From the NCBI GenBank assembly GCA_039588215.1, contig JBDHAD010000001.1, positions 23,060-87,059 on the forward strand: a stretch of DNA of 64,000 nucleotides, given 5' to 3'. Positions 27,248-35,821 of the stretch are shown in pieces. The notes below the pieces were generated by a model. The model did no database searches. It worked only from the letters and a program-made list of their open reading frames with translations, and was not told the origin of the DNA. The stretch's first letter is position 1, and each line of letters opens with the position of its first letter. Source of the stretch: Gemmatimonadota bacterium. GTDB lineage: Bacteria > Gemmatimonadota > Gemmatimonadetes > Palauibacterales > Palauibacteraceae. The position numbers and the translations under genes were made by a program.

Positions 27248-28198
27248 TCAGCTCGATCCCGAATAGCTCGATCCCACCAGTCCCGCTCGCTGCGCCCAAT
27301 AGCCGATCATCTTGTAGACTAGCTTCGCTACCACGAAATCGGACGCTTCCTGCCCCGGCCTCGGCGCGAGCTCGACCACGTCGGCCCCGACCACGCGACG
27401 CTCGCGAAACACGGCCCCGAGGAGATCGAGCGCGTCCCACCAGCCACCGCCACCGGGCTCGGGCGTGCCGGTGGACGGGACGAGTGCGGGATCGAAGAAG
27501 TCGACGTCGAACGTGATATAGACGTCCGGGCCCAGCGCCTGCAGCGCTCTCTCGACCCACCCGGGACGGCGCATCTCGTGCGCGAAGACCGTCGTGATCG
27601 GGGTCCGCCGGATCAGCTCCCGCTCCTCGGATGTGAGCGCCCGGATCCCGACGGCAACCACGCGGTCCACATGCTCCAGCGCACGCCGCATGGCGCAGGC
27701 GTGGTTCCACGGAGTGCCGTGGTACTCATCCCGCAGGTCTGAATGGGCATCGAACTGGAGGACCGACAGACCTCCCCCCAACCGATCGGCCCACGCAGCG
27801 GCGGGCGCGCTGCTGATGGAGTGCTCTCCGCCGAGGCCGATGACCAGGCGATCCCCAGCCGCCTCCAGTAAGTCGGCGTACAGCCCGCGGAGTTCCTCGA
27901 TCGCCCGCTCCGGCCCCGCCTTCGAGAGCCGGATCGCAGGCAGCGTGCACACGCCGGCGTCGGCGGACTCGAGGTCCAACTCCTCATCGTACAGCTCGAT
28001 GTACCGCGAGGCTCGCAGGATCGCTTCGGGTCCCTCACGGGTGCCCGCGCCCCAGCTGGTCGTCGCCTCATACGGGATCGGAAGGATCACGACGCCGGCG
28101 TCGCTCCACGAGCGCCGAGCGGGCTCGAGCTTCAGGAAATGGTCGAGTGCCGCCCAGGGATGGGACGAGAGAGTCGTAGGAACTTCAGAGAGTGCCAT
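27248..28198 (-). CDS. speB: arginase-family hydrolase, most likely agmatinase (SpeB)
   Basis: Binuclear-Mn motifs GGEHSIS, DAHSDLRD and SFDVDFFDP in ureohydrolase order. 316 aa. Confidence 0.75.
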   Translation of the reverse strand: MALSEVPTTLSSHPWAALDHFLKLEPARRSWSDAGVVILPIPYEATTSWGAGTREGPEAILRASRYIELYDEELDLESADAGVCTLPAIRLSKAGPERAIEELRGLYADLLEAAGDRLVIGLGGEHSISSAPAAAWADRLGGGLSVLQFDAHSDLRDEYHGTPWNHACAMRRALEHVDRVVAVGIRALTSEERELIRRTPITTVFAHEMRRPGWVERALQALGPDVYITFDVDFFDPALVPSTGTPEPGGGGWWDALDLLGAVFRERRVVGADVVELAPRPGQEASDFVVAKLVYKMIGYWAQRAGLVGSSYSGSS

Positions 28199-28277
28199 GC
28201 CGGCGGCTCCGCTCCCCCTCTGCTTCAGCCGGTCGGAGACGCCGAACCGGGTGGAACGACGCGGCTCGAGCCGAGGA

Positions 28278-28715
28278 TCAGGTCGGCCCCGGTGCGTCTC
28301 CGTTCCGCCCGATCGTGGCTCGTGCTTCGTTGAGGAGGTCCTCCCAGCGCTGGTGATCCCTGTCGATCACTACGTGGCGAGGGGGCGTGCTACGACCGAG
28401 GCGGCGCTGCAGCTGTCCGATGAGTCGTGGGACGCGAGCCGCAGGCACGCGTCCGTGCTCGACGATCACCTGGTGCGAGGGGGCTCCGTTCGTGGGCACC
28501 ATGCGGGCGCTGTACAGGGCGCGAGAATCTCCGTCCAGAAACCGCGTGAACAGGAAGAACTCGGCCGACTTGTCCACATCCGCGAGCGGGGGAAACAGCC
28601 ACAGCTCGGCGATCTCGAAGTGGGGGACGGCTTCGGAGATGGCGTTGAGGCGAGTTTCGATGATGGAACCGTTGGCTCCCATCCCATCGGCCATTAGGGC
28701 CTTCCCATCCATGAG
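28278..28715 (-). CDS. hypothetical protein upstream of the agmatinase gene
   Basis: The ORF has coding-like composition and lies 80 nt upstream of speB on the same strand. The start is uncertain (MDGKALMADG at ~28715 or the ATG at 28787). No family recognised. Confidence 0.4.
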   Translation of the reverse strand, partial: LMDGKALMADGMGANGSIIETRLNAISEAVPHFEIAELWLFPPLADVDKSAEFFLFTRFLDGDSRALYSARMVPTNGAPSHQVIVEHGRVPAARVPRLIGQLQRRLGRSTPPRHVVIDRDHQRWEDLLNEARATIGRNGDAPGPT

Positions 28716-28809
28716 TCCTCCAGACAACGGCGCCTCACCCGCGAGGCGACCTCGGGCACGGTTCAAGGATGGACGGGACACCTGCAAGATACGCGCTCTT
28801 TTGCGGGGA

Positions 28810-29856
28810 TCAAGCCTTTAACTGGCGTCGCACTGCACCGCGGACCGCCTCCACCACCACATCGGTCGCCTCCGAGAGCGGCTTCTCCAACAACACGCCG
28901 GCCGCCTTCGGGTGCCCGCCTCCTCCCAGTTGCTGAGCCAGTTCGGAGACATCGACCTGTCCGTTCGAGCGCAGCGACGCCTTCGTCCGGCCGGCCGAGA
29001 CCTCCCGCATCAAGATCGCCACCTCGACGCCCCGGATGCGCCTCGGGTACTCCACCAGCCCTTCGGTATCATCCGACCGGGCGCCGGCGTCTCGCAGCGC
29101 GGCGTTCGTGACCGTGACCCAAGCGATGTGGTGCTCATCATCGATCACGAGGCTGTCGAGCGCGCTCCGGGTCAGCTTCAGTCGCGCAGGCGTTTGCTGC
29201 GCGTATAGCCTCCGGTACAGGTCCGCGGGGTCCACGCCGGCCGCGATCAGGTGCGCCGCGATCGCGTGCGCGCGCGGGCTCGTGTTCGAGAAGCGGAAGG
29301 AGCCCGTGTCCGTCACGATGGCCACGTAGAGCGCGATGGCGTCCTCTTCCAAGAGCGGCTCGCCGCGCAACGTCAGGAGATCGTAGATGAGCTCACCGGT
29401 AGCGCAGGCCGACGTGTCCCGCACCACGATCTCGGCGTGCGAATCGTCCGAGGGCGGGTGGTGATCCACGATGCCCACGCGGGTGGCCCCCAAGCGTGCG
29501 GCCACCGCACCGAGCCGCGATGCCTCGCTCGTGTCCAGGAGTAGGAGCAGATCGGCTTCCTTGAGCGCGCCCTCGCCCGCGGGATCGGTCGGCGCGTGCG
29601 CGTTCAGGCCTTCCACGAGGAACGCGAGCGTTTTCGGTACCGGGGTCGGGTTGACCAGCGTGACCTGCGCACCCCCGCGGATCAGGAAGCGAGCGAGAGC
29701 GGCCTCGCTCCCGACCCCGTCCCCATCGGCATTGATATGGGTGGTCAGGACAACCCGTCCGGTCGTCTCCAGAGCCGCCCGAAGGTCGGTGAGGGCCTTG
29801 CGGCGCGCCGGGGGGATCGCGATCACCGACTCGGGACGACGGGAGGTCGAAGCCAT
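28810..29856 (-). CDS. DHH-family phosphoesterase (NrnA-like, DHH + DHHA1)
   Basis: Motifs LTTHINADGDGVGS, DHHPPSDD (DHH motif) and GGGGHPKAAG (DHHA1 GGGH motif). The ATG at 29856 gives ~348 aa. Confidence 0.8.
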   Translation of the reverse strand: MASTSRRPESVIAIPPARRKALTDLRAALETTGRVVLTTHINADGDGVGSEAALARFLIRGGAQVTLVNPTPVPKTLAFLVEGLNAHAPTDPAGEGALKEADLLLLLDTSEASRLGAVAARLGATRVGIVDHHPPSDDSHAEIVVRDTSACATGELIYDLLTLRGEPLLEEDAIALYVAIVTDTGSFRFSNTSPRAHAIAAHLIAAGVDPADLYRRLYAQQTPARLKLTRSALDSLVIDDEHHIAWVTVTNAALRDAGARSDDTEGLVEYPRRIRGVEVAILMREVSAGRTKASLRSNGQVDVSELAQQLGGGGHPKAAGVLLEKPLSEATDVVVEAVRGAVRRQLKA

Positions 29857-29888
29857 TCCTCGGAGGCTAGAGGGGGCCTTCCGGGACG

Positions 29889-30497
29889 TCAAGCCGCCTC
29901 CACCACCGACTGAAGCTCGTCCCAGACCTTTCGGGTGCGCGCTTCCAGCTCCTCGCGGGAGCCCACGTTCTCGATCACGTGGTCCGCGCGCGCGCGTTTC
30001 TCGGTCCCGGGTAGCTGCGCCGCCTCGATCGATTCGAATTCCTCCTGGGTCCAACCGCGGGTGCGCGCCGCGCGCTCGAACCGCACCGTCTCCGGGGCAT
30101 CCACGACCACGATGGCATCGTACTCCGCGTCGAGCCCGACCTCGAACAGAAGCGGTATCTCCTCCACTACAATGCGAGCTCCGTCCCGGTGGGCTCTTTC
30201 CACGCGAGCCGCCCGGAGCAGGCGTACCTCGGCGTGGATGATCGCCTCCAGGGTCCGCCGGTCGGTGTCCGTCGCGAATGCGATGTGCCGCATCCGCGGG
30301 CGGTCCAGAGAGCCTGTCGCGTCCAGGACCTCATCTCCAAACTCTCGACGAATCGCCTCCAGGCCGGGGCTCCCCGGCGCGACTGATTCCCGGGCCAGCT
30401 CATCGGCGTCGATCCGGTGCGCACCCCAACGCTCGAACAAACGCCCGACGGTGGTCTTTCCCGCCGCGAGCGTGCCCGTCAAACCCACGCGGATCAC
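29889..30497 (-). CDS. coaE: dephospho-CoA kinase
   Basis: N-terminal P-loop MIRVGLTGTLAAGKTTV plus the IDAD motif. 202 aa. The start overlaps the upstream DHH gene stop by 4 nt. Confidence 0.88.
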   Translation of the reverse strand: MIRVGLTGTLAAGKTTVGRLFERWGAHRIDADELARESVAPGSPGLEAIRREFGDEVLDATGSLDRPRMRHIAFATDTDRRTLEAIIHAEVRLLRAARVERAHRDGARIVVEEIPLLFEVGLDAEYDAIVVVDAPETVRFERAARTRGWTQEEFESIEAAQLPGTEKRARADHVIENVGSREELEARTRKVWDELQSVVEAA

Positions 30498-31648
30498 TTG
30501 GCCTCCCCCACCGCCGTCGAAGCGGATTCGGGGATCAACGGCTGGGGCGATTCGCCGTCCGCACCGAGGGCTCGCAAGAGGTCCGCGAGGATCTCCTCCC
30601 CCAGCTCGTCCACCGCTTTGTCGGACAGGCCTCGCACGGGAACCTGACCCCCGGCGAACGTGCCATGTCCTCCTGCGGAGCCCCGCTCACCGATCGCATC
30701 GCGAACGAGGGACCCCGCATGAGCTTTGGTGTCGTAGGTGCGCATGGAGACGAGGATATGCTCCCGGTACCGACCGATGGCGATCGTCCAGTCGATCCCC
30801 ACCATCTGCATGAACAGGTCTGCGATCTCCGCCACCATGTCCGGATACTCCAGCCGCGACAGATACACCGTCAGGACGTTGCCGTACCGGCGGGCGACGT
30901 CGAGCGCTTGGTGCATGGATCGGAAATAGCTCGCCGGCACGCGAGCATGCCGGACGCGTGAGATCGCTTCCGGATCCGACAGCGGGTACAGGTACGTGCT
31001 CGCCTCCACGTCGGCCCGTGAAGCCTCTCGCCCCAGGTCCATCGTCTCCGATTGGATCGCGTAGAACATCGCCGTTGCGAGTCGGGGTTCCGGCTCCAGC
31101 TCCGCGGCGCGCAGGTACTCGACGAGCATGGAGCAGCTCGCACCGTACTCCGGCCTGATGTCCGAAAAGGTGGCTGTCACCGTGTCGGGCCGGGGAGGAT
31201 GGTGATCGACGACGGCCGAGACGATGCGTCCTTTCGGCAACGAGTTGTTCCCCGATCGCGGCTGCGTGTCGACCAGCGCGATCGCCGTTCCGGCCGTCAG
31301 CTCGAGCGATTCGATCCGCTGGAACTTCACGCCGATCTCTTGGATCAGCGCACGATTCTCGGCCCGCCCTACGATCCCACCGAACGCCACGGTCGTCGTC
31401 AGCGAGGCCCGCTTCTCGAGCAGGAAGGCCAGGGCGGCGGCCGCGGCGAGCGCATCGGGGTCCGGGTTGTCGTGCGTGAGCACCGCCGCCCGGTCCACCC
31501 CTTCAAAGGCCGCCAGCAGACCGGCAAGTCGGGCCGCGGCGGCGCCGACCGCCGCTTCCGGCTCGGTCCCCGTCGTCACCGTGGCGGGGGCCTCCTGTGA
31601 CGAGGGCGGGGCGGGTTCGCTCTCCTGGCGTTGACCCCGTTCGTTCAT
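30494..31648 (-). CDS. second DHH-family phosphoesterase (DHH + DHHA1)
   Basis: HDNPDPDALAAAAAL, the DHH motif VVDHHPPRPD, and the C-terminal GGHGTFAGG (DHHA1). A start at the MNERGQ ATG (31648) is assumed. Confidence 0.78.
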   Translation of the reverse strand: MNERGQRQESEPAPPSSQEAPATVTTGTEPEAAVGAAAARLAGLLAAFEGVDRAAVLTHDNPDPDALAAAAALAFLLEKRASLTTTVAFGGIVGRAENRALIQEIGVKFQRIESLELTAGTAIALVDTQPRSGNNSLPKGRIVSAVVDHHPPRPDTVTATFSDIRPEYGASCSMLVEYLRAAELEPEPRLATAMFYAIQSETMDLGREASRADVEASTYLYPLSDPEAISRVRHARVPASYFRSMHQALDVARRYGNVLTVYLSRLEYPDMVAEIADLFMQMVGIDWTIAIGRYREHILVSMRTYDTKAHAGSLVRDAIGERGSAGGHGTFAGGQVPVRGLSDKAVDELGEEILADLLRALGADGESPQPLIPESASTAVGEAK

Positions 31649-31863
31649 ACGTCCGAGCAATCCCCGTGCGGGTACGGACGCCCACAGTCGGGACAATGGC
31701 CATCCCTGCACCCGCTGGTCCGCGGGCTCAGGAGGTACCCGCAGCCGACGCAGGGCTCCAGATCGAGTTCTGCCGGGAGGCCTCGCGACTCCGGCCCTGC
31801 TCCGGGCGCCCGGTCCGAGCCGAACGCTCGCGCGGCGGTCTCGATCGACCGTTTCACCCGAAC
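31645..31863 (-). CDS. possible small zinc-ribbon protein
   Basis: The 206-nt gap between the MBL gene stop and the DHH gene start is fully open in this frame. It ends CVGCGYLLSPRTSGCRDGHCPDCGRPYPHGDC, with a CxxC...CxxC pattern. The start codon is uncertain and the product could be spurious. Confidence 0.25.
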   Translation of the reverse strand, partial: VRVKRSIETAARAFGSDRAPGAGPESRGLPAELDLEPCVGCGYLLSPRTSGCRDGHCPDCGRPYPHGDCSDV

Positions 31864-32486
31864 GCTCCCGTCAGGAAGGGGTTTGACGCCGCCTCGAACC
31901 CGACGGTCGTTTGAGGCCCGTGGCCAGGGTGCAAGACCGTATCCGGCGGCAGCGTAAGGATCTGGGCCCGAATCGACTCGAGGAGCGTCCGTGTGTCGCC
32001 ACCCGGCAAATCGGTCCGTCCGATCGATCCGGCAAACACGCAATCTCCCACGAACGCATCCCGGTCGCCGACCAGGACGACACCGCCCGGCGAGTGACCG
32101 GGCGCGTGCCTGACCTCGAGCGTCAGATCGCCGAAGCTCAATTGGTCGCCATGGTCCAGGTCTCGATCGTGCGGAGGTGGGGCATCGACCGACAGGCCGA
32201 AGGCCGCGGCCTGCTCGCCGGCACGCTCGTACAGAGGCAGATCCGCCGGGTGGAGATACACCGGTACGTCGAACGATGCACGCAGCTCGGCGACCGCCCC
32301 GATGTGGTCCAGATGCGCGTGCGTGAGGAGGATCGCCGCTAACTCACCACCTGCGTCGCGGAGGGCCGCTGCGATGGCCCCCCCGTCCGACCCTGGATCC
32401 ACGACGAAGACGAGCCCGTCCGATGACGGACCGACCAGATAGCAGTTGGATTGGAAGACGCCCACGGTGAGGCGGCGGACTTGCAC
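31854..32486 (-). CDS. MBL-fold hydrolase (hydroxyacylglutathione hydrolase / GloB-like)
   Basis: THAHLDH motif, downstream His/Asp ligands, and the ~210 aa length typical of glyoxalase II-like enzymes. Confidence 0.8.
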   Translation of the reverse strand: MQVRRLTVGVFQSNCYLVGPSSDGLVFVVDPGSDGGAIAAALRDAGGELAAILLTHAHLDHIGAVAELRASFDVPVYLHPADLPLYERAGEQAAAFGLSVDAPPPHDRDLDHGDQLSFGDLTLEVRHAPGHSPGGVVLVGDRDAFVGDCVFAGSIGRTDLPGGDTRTLLESIRAQILTLPPDTVLHPGHGPQTTVGFEAASNPFLTGAFG

Positions 32487-32528
32487 GTCAGGAGCCTCTG
32501 CGCGTGTCGTGCAGGTGCGCGTCGCGAT

Positions 32529-32900
32529 TCAAACCGCGAAGGAGGTACCGCAGCCGCAGCTCCCCGTCGCGTTGGGATTGTTGAATGTGAACCCGGAGCC
32601 CTGGAAAGAGCTGTGATATCCGATCGATACGCCGTTCAGGTATTGGGCGCTGAACGGATCCAGGACTAGACGAAGCCCCTGGGACTCGAACACGAAGTCA
32701 TCCTCGCGAATCTCGTCCTCGATATCCAGCCCATATTCGAACCCCGAGCACCCCCCGGGGAGGACGCTCACTCGAAGCACCGCGTCGCGGGTCCCGTCCG
32801 CCGCCAGGAACTCACGCACCTTCTCCGCCGCCTCCGGCGTCAGCGCGATCAGCGCATCGCCCGTCGGCGCTCCGGTCTCCCGCTGCGCAGTATCAGTCAT
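32529..32900 (-). CDS. erpA: iron-sulfur cluster insertion protein (HesB/IscA/ErpA family)
   Basis: The three conserved Cys (GGCSGFEY ... SCGCGTSF) and the 123 aa length match A-type carriers. The start overlaps the trxB stop (ATGA). Confidence 0.85.
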   Translation of the reverse strand: MTDTAQRETGAPTGDALIALTPEAAEKVREFLAADGTRDAVLRVSVLPGGCSGFEYGLDIEDEIREDDFVFESQGLRLVLDPFSAQYLNGVSIGYHSSFQGSGFTFNNPNATGSCGCGTSFAV

Positions 32901-33871
32901 ACGACTCGCTCCTCCTCCTCGGCCGGCTCGATGTGCGCGTCCTCGAGCTCCTGCAAGTACTTCTCCGCCGCGAAAACAGCCGTCGTGGCGTCGCCCACGG
33001 CGGTCGTGATCTGGCGCACGAGCTGCGAGCGCACATCCCCGGCTACGAACAGCCCCGGCATCGACGCCCGCATATCCCGGTCCGTTACAATATAACCGCT
33101 CGGGTCGTGGTCCACGTGCTCCGCGAGACTGCCCACGTTGGGTGTGAATCCGATGAAGATAAACACGCCCGTCACTGAAAGTTCCGAGATCTCGTGCGTG
33201 CGCACGTCGCGCAGCCGCAACCCGGTGACCCCACCCGCGTCGCCGAGGATCTCCTCGACGACCGTATCCCACCGCATCTCCACCTTCGGGTTGTTGAGCA
33301 GTCGATTCTGGAGAACGGCCTGCGCCCGCAGCTCGTCCCGGCGGTGGATGACCGTGACCTTCGAAGCGTATCGCGTCAGGAACTCTCCCTCCTCCACCGC
33401 TGCGTCACCGCCGCCGATCACGGCGATCTCTTCACCCTTGAAGAAGGCACCATCGCAGATCGCACAATAGCTGACGCCGCGTCCCAGGTACTCGGATTCC
33501 CCGGGCACGTCCAGGGGTCTGGGGGTGCCCCCAGCGGTGAAGATCACCGTCGGGGCTCGGTAGCGGCGTCCGCCTTCCACGTCCACGAGGAAGAACCCGT
33601 CGTCATCCCGCGACACGCGCTCGACGCGCCCCCGAGTGGCTTCGACGCCGAACTTCTTGGCATGGTCCGCCATCTTCTGCGCCAGCTCCATTCCCCCGAC
33701 ATCTTCCAGACCGGGATAGTCATCCACCAGGTCGGTGAGAAGGAGCTGTCCTCCCGGTAGACCCAACTCGAGCAAGACCACGTCCAGCTCCGATCGACCG
33801 GCGTACAAAGCGGCGCACAGACCTGCCGGGCCGGCGCCGATGATGATCATCTCGTGGTCGTTCACTTCCAT
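32897..33871 (-). CDS. trxB: thioredoxin-disulfide reductase
   Basis: FAD-binding IIIGAGPAGL, redox-active CAICDG, and NADPH-binding VIGGGDAAVEE. Confidence 0.93.
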   Translation of the reverse strand: MEVNDHEMIIIGAGPAGLCAALYAGRSELDVVLLELGLPGGQLLLTDLVDDYPGLEDVGGMELAQKMADHAKKFGVEATRGRVERVSRDDDGFFLVDVEGGRRYRAPTVIFTAGGTPRPLDVPGESEYLGRGVSYCAICDGAFFKGEEIAVIGGGDAAVEEGEFLTRYASKVTVIHRRDELRAQAVLQNRLLNNPKVEMRWDTVVEEILGDAGGVTGLRLRDVRTHEISELSVTGVFIFIGFTPNVGSLAEHVDHDPSGYIVTDRDMRASMPGLFVAGDVRSQLVRQITTAVGDATTAVFAAEKYLQELEDAHIEPAEEEERVV

Positions 33872-33949
33872 CGCGCCACACCTCGTATCTCGACTTTCTT
33901 CATCTCATCCCTTGGCAGGCCGCGGCCGTCACAGGCTCGTTCGCCCGGC

Positions 33950-34825
33950 TCAGATGCTCAACGCCGGGCAACGGGTCTCGATCTCCCGCATCCACGCGAT
34001 CGGTACGGACTCCCCCCCCAGGTCGAACTTGCGCGTTCCCGGACCATGCCAGTCCGACCCGCCGCTACGCAGCAGCCCGAGCTCCTTCACCAGCGCCTCC
34101 ATCCGCCGCCGGACCTGAGGCGAGTTGTTCGGGTGACGAATCTCCACTCCGTCCAGGCCTTCAGCGACCCACCGCCGAACTTCGGCGGGACCGTGGGTTC
34201 TACCGGGGTGGGCCAACAAGACGACTCCCCCCGCGCGGTGTACCCGATCGATCACCTCAGCCGGGGGTGTGGGGCGCTTTTCCACATATCCGGGTCGACC
34301 CCGTGACAGATAGCGGCGAAACACCTCGTCCTCGCTCGAAACGTGCCCATGTCGCACGAGCGCTCGAGCCACATGGGCACGTGTGGGCGCGGCAGAGCCA
34401 GCCTGTTCGGCGACCTCTTCGTACTGGAGCTGCACGCCGAGCCCCTGCAGCCGACCGACGATGTCGCGCGCACGGCGACGGCGGTCGGTTCCGTACTCTT
34501 CAAAGAACGCCAGGAGGTTCCCGTCGGTGAGATCGAATCCGTAGGCGAGCAGGTGGATCGATCTGCCCGGCTCGTTCGCGGACAGCTCTGCACCGGGTAG
34601 AAACGCGAGGCCGCGCACCTGGGCCTCGGCCCTCGCTTCCTCGATCCCCGCCACCGTGTCGTGGTCGGTGAGGGCGATCCCCCCCAAACCTGCCGCTGCG
34701 GCCCGGCGCAACACCTCCACCGGAGGAAGCGTCCCGTCCGAGGCAGTCGAGTGCACGTGGAGATCCACGGTCACCTCGGCCACCGGTTCCTCACCGGCCG
34801 CCGGTGACCCCGTTTCGCGCTTCAC
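33950..34825 (-). CDS. PHP-domain phosphoesterase
   Basis: VDLHVHSTASDG ... ALTDHDT: the metal-binding His/Asp pattern of the polymerase/histidinol-phosphatase family. Confidence 0.8.
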   Translation of the reverse strand: MKRETGSPAAGEEPVAEVTVDLHVHSTASDGTLPPVEVLRRAAAAGLGGIALTDHDTVAGIEEARAEAQVRGLAFLPGAELSANEPGRSIHLLAYGFDLTDGNLLAFFEEYGTDRRRRARDIVGRLQGLGVQLQYEEVAEQAGSAAPTRAHVARALVRHGHVSSEDEVFRRYLSRGRPGYVEKRPTPPAEVIDRVHRAGGVVLLAHPGRTHGPAEVRRWVAEGLDGVEIRHPNNSPQVRRRMEALVKELGLLRSGGSDWHGPGTRKFDLGGESVPIAWMREIETRCPALSI

Positions 34826-35079
34826 GCCGGGTATTTGGGATACTCCCGTGGGAAGCCCATGGAGCGTGAGTCGGCGAACAGACGTCGCAGTTCCTCTTCC
34901 GTCAGTCCATCCAGACCGGCATCCCCATCAAACCGGTCCGCGGGGACCTCGACCACCCGATACGGGCGCTGGTCGGTCGTCGTACAAAAGAAGAGGACCG
35001 GGCGCGTCGTCGCGCCGGTTCGCTTGTCACCGAGCCGGGCCGCCCATGTGTCGCCATCGGCTCTTATCTGTATGGTCAT
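34822..35079 (-). CDS. hypothetical small protein (85 aa)
   Basis: The ORF is translationally coupled (ATGA) to the downstream PHP gene and lies 4 nt after the dtxR-like gene stop. No motif recognised. Confidence 0.45.
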   Translation of the reverse strand: MTIQIRADGDTWAARLGDKRTGATTRPVLFFCTTTDQRPYRVVEVPADRFDGDAGLDGLTEEELRRLFADSRSMGFPREYPKYPA

Positions 35080-35082
35080 CGA

Positions 35083-35790
35083 TCAACTCGACGGTTCCAG
35101 TTCCACGAATACCGCATCCGCTAGACCTTCCTCAATCTCCATGCCTCGTCCATCGACCTCGATCCGGACGCCCGAACCGGGCGATGACGCGCCCACCACC
35201 CGGAGGCGCGTGCCCGGGAACAGACCCAGCGTGGCCAGGCGCCGTAGGCGTTCTGCGCTCTCATCGGAGACCTCGCGTACGATCGCGCCCTCTCCCGCCC
35301 GGAGCTCGGTCAGGCAAGTCCGATCAGCCGCGGGGATCACCCCTTCGCGCGTCGGGATCGGCGACCCATGCGGATCGAACGAAGGCTCCCCCAGGGCTCG
35401 CGCCATCCGGTCGATCAGCACCTCGCTCGCCGCATGCTCGAGCCGCTCCGCCTCTTCGTGCACGTTGTCCCAACTGAAGCCGAGCTTCTCGATCAGATAA
35501 AGCTCGAGCACCCGGTGTCGCCGAATGATTCGAAGCGCCGTCAACTCTCCGCCCGCCGTAAGTCGCACGCCTCGATACGGCTCATGCTCGAGGAGCCCGT
35601 CCTCGGCCAGGCTCTTGACCATGTTGGTGACCGACGCCGCCGACCTGTGGAGCTCCTCCGCGAGCGCCGTCGTCGAGACCGAGGCCGCGGTCTGTTGGAG
35701 CTTGTAGACGGCCTTCAGGTAATCCTCGACCGCGCGGCTGCGGCCGGTTTCATTCGGGCGCTCGCTACGCCCGCGCTTCGGCTCGGTCAA
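35083..35790 (-). CDS. DtxR/IdeR/MntR-family metal-dependent transcriptional repressor with a C-terminal FeoA/SH3-like domain
   Basis: HTH region AEELHRSAASVTNMVKSL, the metal-binding and dimerisation helix pattern, and a C-terminal SH3-like domain. 235 aa. Confidence 0.85.
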   Translation of the reverse strand: MTEPKRGRSERPNETGRSRAVEDYLKAVYKLQQTAASVSTTALAEELHRSAASVTNMVKSLAEDGLLEHEPYRGVRLTAGGELTALRIIRRHRVLELYLIEKLGFSWDNVHEEAERLEHAASEVLIDRMARALGEPSFDPHGSPIPTREGVIPAADRTCLTELRAGEGAIVREVSDESAERLRRLATLGLFPGTRLRVVGASSPGSGVRIEVDGRGMEIEEGLADAVFVELEPSS

Positions 35791-35821
35791 TTGGGTTGCT
35801 GAGTGTGTTCAACGGGTGGGC

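Noticed and set aside
28387-28821. 144-aa plus-strand ORF opposite the hypothetical gene upstream of speB
   Set aside because: Arg/Ser-rich shadow-frame composition. The minus-strand ORF has more protein-like composition and operon context.
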